A stretch of 64,000 nucleotides of DNA from assembly GCA_965218425.1 (NCBI GenBank), contig OZ244621.1, positions 4,000,001 to 4,064,000 of the forward strand, written 5' to 3'. The translations under genes were made by a program, and so were the position numbers. The notes beneath the pieces were generated by a model. The model saw nothing but the letters and a program-made list of their open reading frames with translations, did no database searches and was not told where the DNA came from. Below are positions 61,561 to 64,000 of this stretch, piece after piece (within the stretch, counting starts at the first letter, position 1; the number at the start of each line of letters is the position of its first letter). Source of the DNA: an uncultured Candidatus Binatia bacterium (GTDB taxonomy: Bacteria > Desulfobacterota > Binatia > UBA9968 > CAXXLF01).

Positions 61561-62721
61561 TTATGAGCTCTCTTGGCCCTGATATTTCTCGATATCAAGA
61601 AGGTTAGCGGTTCGCTTTCTTATTTTTAAAAATTTCTTTCCCCAGATGCCCATCTCCGTCAATTCCTTCTGGCCCATGAATTTGTGAGTGGCAAACACGA
61701 CCGCGGTTTTCTGTTTTTTCCTTGCCTGCTTGGCGATGCGTTCGGCGCGGTCGCCGTTCAGGGCGGAGTCGGCGCTGGGCAGGAAGTCGAGGTCCGGCTC
61801 GTAGATGAGATAGAACAGGCGGTCGTCCGTTTCGTGGAAAAGGCCGTCATTGCTCTTTGCCTTGCCTGCCTGTTGGGCAGACAGGCGGATTTTATCCGGA
61901 GCTTGGCCGGTGGCGATGTAGACAAGGTGGCGGGCGATGGTTTCGTAGTCGGGCAGGCTCTCTCCGGTGAGCATTTTCTCAACGCTGATTTCTTCGCCCA
62001 GCGTACAATAGGTGAAGCCGCCCCCCAGCCTGTTTTTCAGGCTCTCGTCCTTTGCTTTCGGAACGCCTTTTATCACGCGGCGCACGCGCTCGGCGGTGAT
62101 GCTGTCGGCATAATCTTCACATTCCACGAGGATGAACTTGCGGTTGCCGCCGTCTTCGGCGTTGAGCGCCAAGACCGCCTGAGCGGTAGTGCCGGAGCCG
62201 GCGAAGGAATCGAGGATAACGGAATCTTTGTCGCTGGCAATTTGGAGAATGCGACGAAGCAACTTCGTTGGCTTCGGTGTGATAAAGACATCCTGAGATG
62301 GTCCCAGTTCCAAAAGGCGACTCAACTCTTGTTTCGCGTTCCTCGTACTACCGGCGTCTTTCCATGACCAGAGCGTTTGCGGCACCACTCCGGCGCGAAC
62401 TTCCGATAAGAAGCGTTTGATGCCCGGACGGTTGTTCCCTAGTTTTCCCCACCAAATACGATCATCTTCGGCAAGTTATTGGAACTTTCCTTTACTGATT
62501 CACCAATAGCTTCCAGCAGGAGGACCTTTAATGATTTTCCCAGACGGCGTTTTTATTGAATAGCGGCCCCGGGCGTAAAAATTTCTGGCAGCTAGATCGC
62601 TTAGCAACCAAGGCCCGCGCGGGTCCTCGTCTGGGTTTTTGTACCGCTCCAGCGTTCGGGATGGAACGGTCAGGTGATGGGCATAGACAAGCTGCTTTCC
62701 CTTGAAATCGAGGACGGGCAT
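61561..62721 (-). pseudogene. Type III R-M Mod-like DNA methyltransferase remnant
   Basis: MPVLDFKGK joined to YKNPDEDPRGPW; in-frame stops; PKPTKLL, DSFAGSGTT present; DPPY region not found. Confidence 0.85.
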
Positions 62722-62762
62722 GGGAATCTATTTAACCTCGCACGTCTGCATGGTCTTTCGCC

Positions 62763-63881
62763 TTATCGTCGTCGTTTCTCAAAATTCCGGGCTCGCTCCA
62801 TGAAAACCGAAGGATTTGCCTTCCACTCCGGATAACCAATGCGCCCGTTATCGGTAAGCAGGTTGATTTTCTCATCGAGGCAGGCCGCCAAGGCGGCGTC
62901 CGCTACTTGAAGCGCAAAGCCGCCGCGTTCGCGCCTGGCGGGATCGGGGTCCTGCACCGCCATCACCAAAGCGCCGCCGGACGCAACACTGGCGTCACTG
63001 TTGCCGATATTACCCCTTGCCACTGCGTCTATCTCGCCGTTTTTCAAAGCGTCCAGCAACTTCCCTTCCTGATCGTAGTATCTCACCTGCGGCATCGTCG
63101 AATCCGCAGGGCTGATAGATTTCCGCTTTTCAAGACGATCCGATTCTCCGGCGGCGGTGATGAAGTAGCTCTTGCCGCCATCGGCAACCACCACAGCTCC
63201 TCCCTCAACAGCAACCCTTGTGCCGGAGACCAGAACCCCGTTCTCGTCGGTAATACCTGTCAGTTGCAGCAGGCGCTCCTCTCCGGTCGTTTCAGCAACG
63301 ACACCAACGCGGTAGGCACGGGTCAGCTTATCGTAGCTGTCAAGACGCTCCTTGTCCTGCGCGCGTACCAGAAGGGTCTGCAAAAACGATATGTGCCCCG
63401 ACGTGAATACGACCACCTTTTCTCCGGCGTCGTTGCGGGTTCGGTCTTCACGAATGGTGATTCCGCCGCCGACAATATCGTATTCCGGGCGAGCGGCTTT
63501 GAGCCAGATACCCCTGAAGGGATCGCCGATACCGCGACGGGAAAAGGATAGTCCGGCGCCGTCCATTGCCTCCAAGGCGGTCAGCAGATCCGCTTCATAA
63601 CCGCGATGAACGTTAAACCCGCCGGAACCGGAGGCACGGTCCTCACTGTAGCTGACGGGCTTGAAGTCGGAATAGAAACCCACGTTGAGAATGCGTCCGC
63701 CGTCCCTGCATACCCCTGTCGCCGACCCGAGAGCCACAAGAACAGCCGTCGAAAATACAGCTATCCCGCCCATGAAAACAGACTTGCCTGCAAATTTCAT
63801 TGTAAAAAGTATACCCCAGGATTGTTGCTTCAACAAATCTAAATTGGCATTCTTGAACTTCGTTCGTATAGTACCGGGCAC
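62763..63881 (-). CDS. Polar amino acid-type (family 3) solute-binding protein, orphan
   Basis: VGFYSDFKPVSY, GYEADLL, GGITIREDR, ALKNGEIDAV; true start uncertain. Confidence 0.75.
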   Translation of the reverse strand: MPGTIRTKFKNANLDLLKQQSWGILFTMKFAGKSVFMGGIAVFSTAVLVALGSATGVCRDGGRILNVGFYSDFKPVSYSEDRASGSGGFNVHRGYEADLLTALEAMDGAGLSFSRRGIGDPFRGIWLKAARPEYDIVGGGITIREDRTRNDAGEKVVVFTSGHISFLQTLLVRAQDKERLDSYDKLTRAYRVGVVAETTGEERLLQLTGITDENGVLVSGTRVAVEGGAVVVADGGKSYFITAAGESDRLEKRKSISPADSTMPQVRYYDQEGKLLDALKNGEIDAVARGNIGNSDASVASGGALVMAVQDPDPARRERGGFALQVADAALAACLDEKINLLTDNGRIGYPEWKANPSVFMERARNFEKRRR

Positions 63882-64000
63882 GCATGATGGATTTCACGCT
63901 TACCGAAGATCAAGTTCAACACCGCGAGGAGATTCGCAGGGTTTGCCGGGACTTTTCCGATCCTTACCGGCTGTGAGCGGCCAGAAATAATTGGAAATGG

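Overview
A 64-kb bacterial window, moderately GC-rich. Gene content suggests a deltaproteobacterial/Binatia-like organism (inference only). In order it contains: (1) the TCA operon icd-mdh-sucC; (2) a System I cytochrome c maturation operon split in two (ccmABCD and ccmEFG-ccmH/I) by a ~4.6-kb block of decayed genes plus an IS3; (3) a patch of toxin-antitoxin genes and remnants with a second IS3; (4) a large putative aromatic/N-heterocycle catabolic region (GGT, cupin, Cys-less isomerase-like protein, amidohydrolase, VOC, three-subunit Mo-hydroxylase, UbiD, a signal-less solute-binding protein, and an operon of three VOC genes, one fused to a Rieske domain, plus an M24-fold gene); (5) folX-like/folK/VUT transporter; (6) a stress region with several sigma-54 promoter motifs (cupredoxin-like, HPF-CSD, CBS, USP remnants, betaPGM-TPP plus GH65, clpB, hsp20, a ZraPSR-like module); (7) MFS, bactofilin, IS630, an orphan SenA/EgtB-family gene, a type III Mod remnant and an ABC binding protein. 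Many genes are pseudogenised. No rRNA, tRNA or CRISPR array was seen. The best candidate for an undescribed system is the VOC-Rieske/VOC/VOC-VOC/M24 operon. All family calls come from motif recognition by eye, not from database searches.
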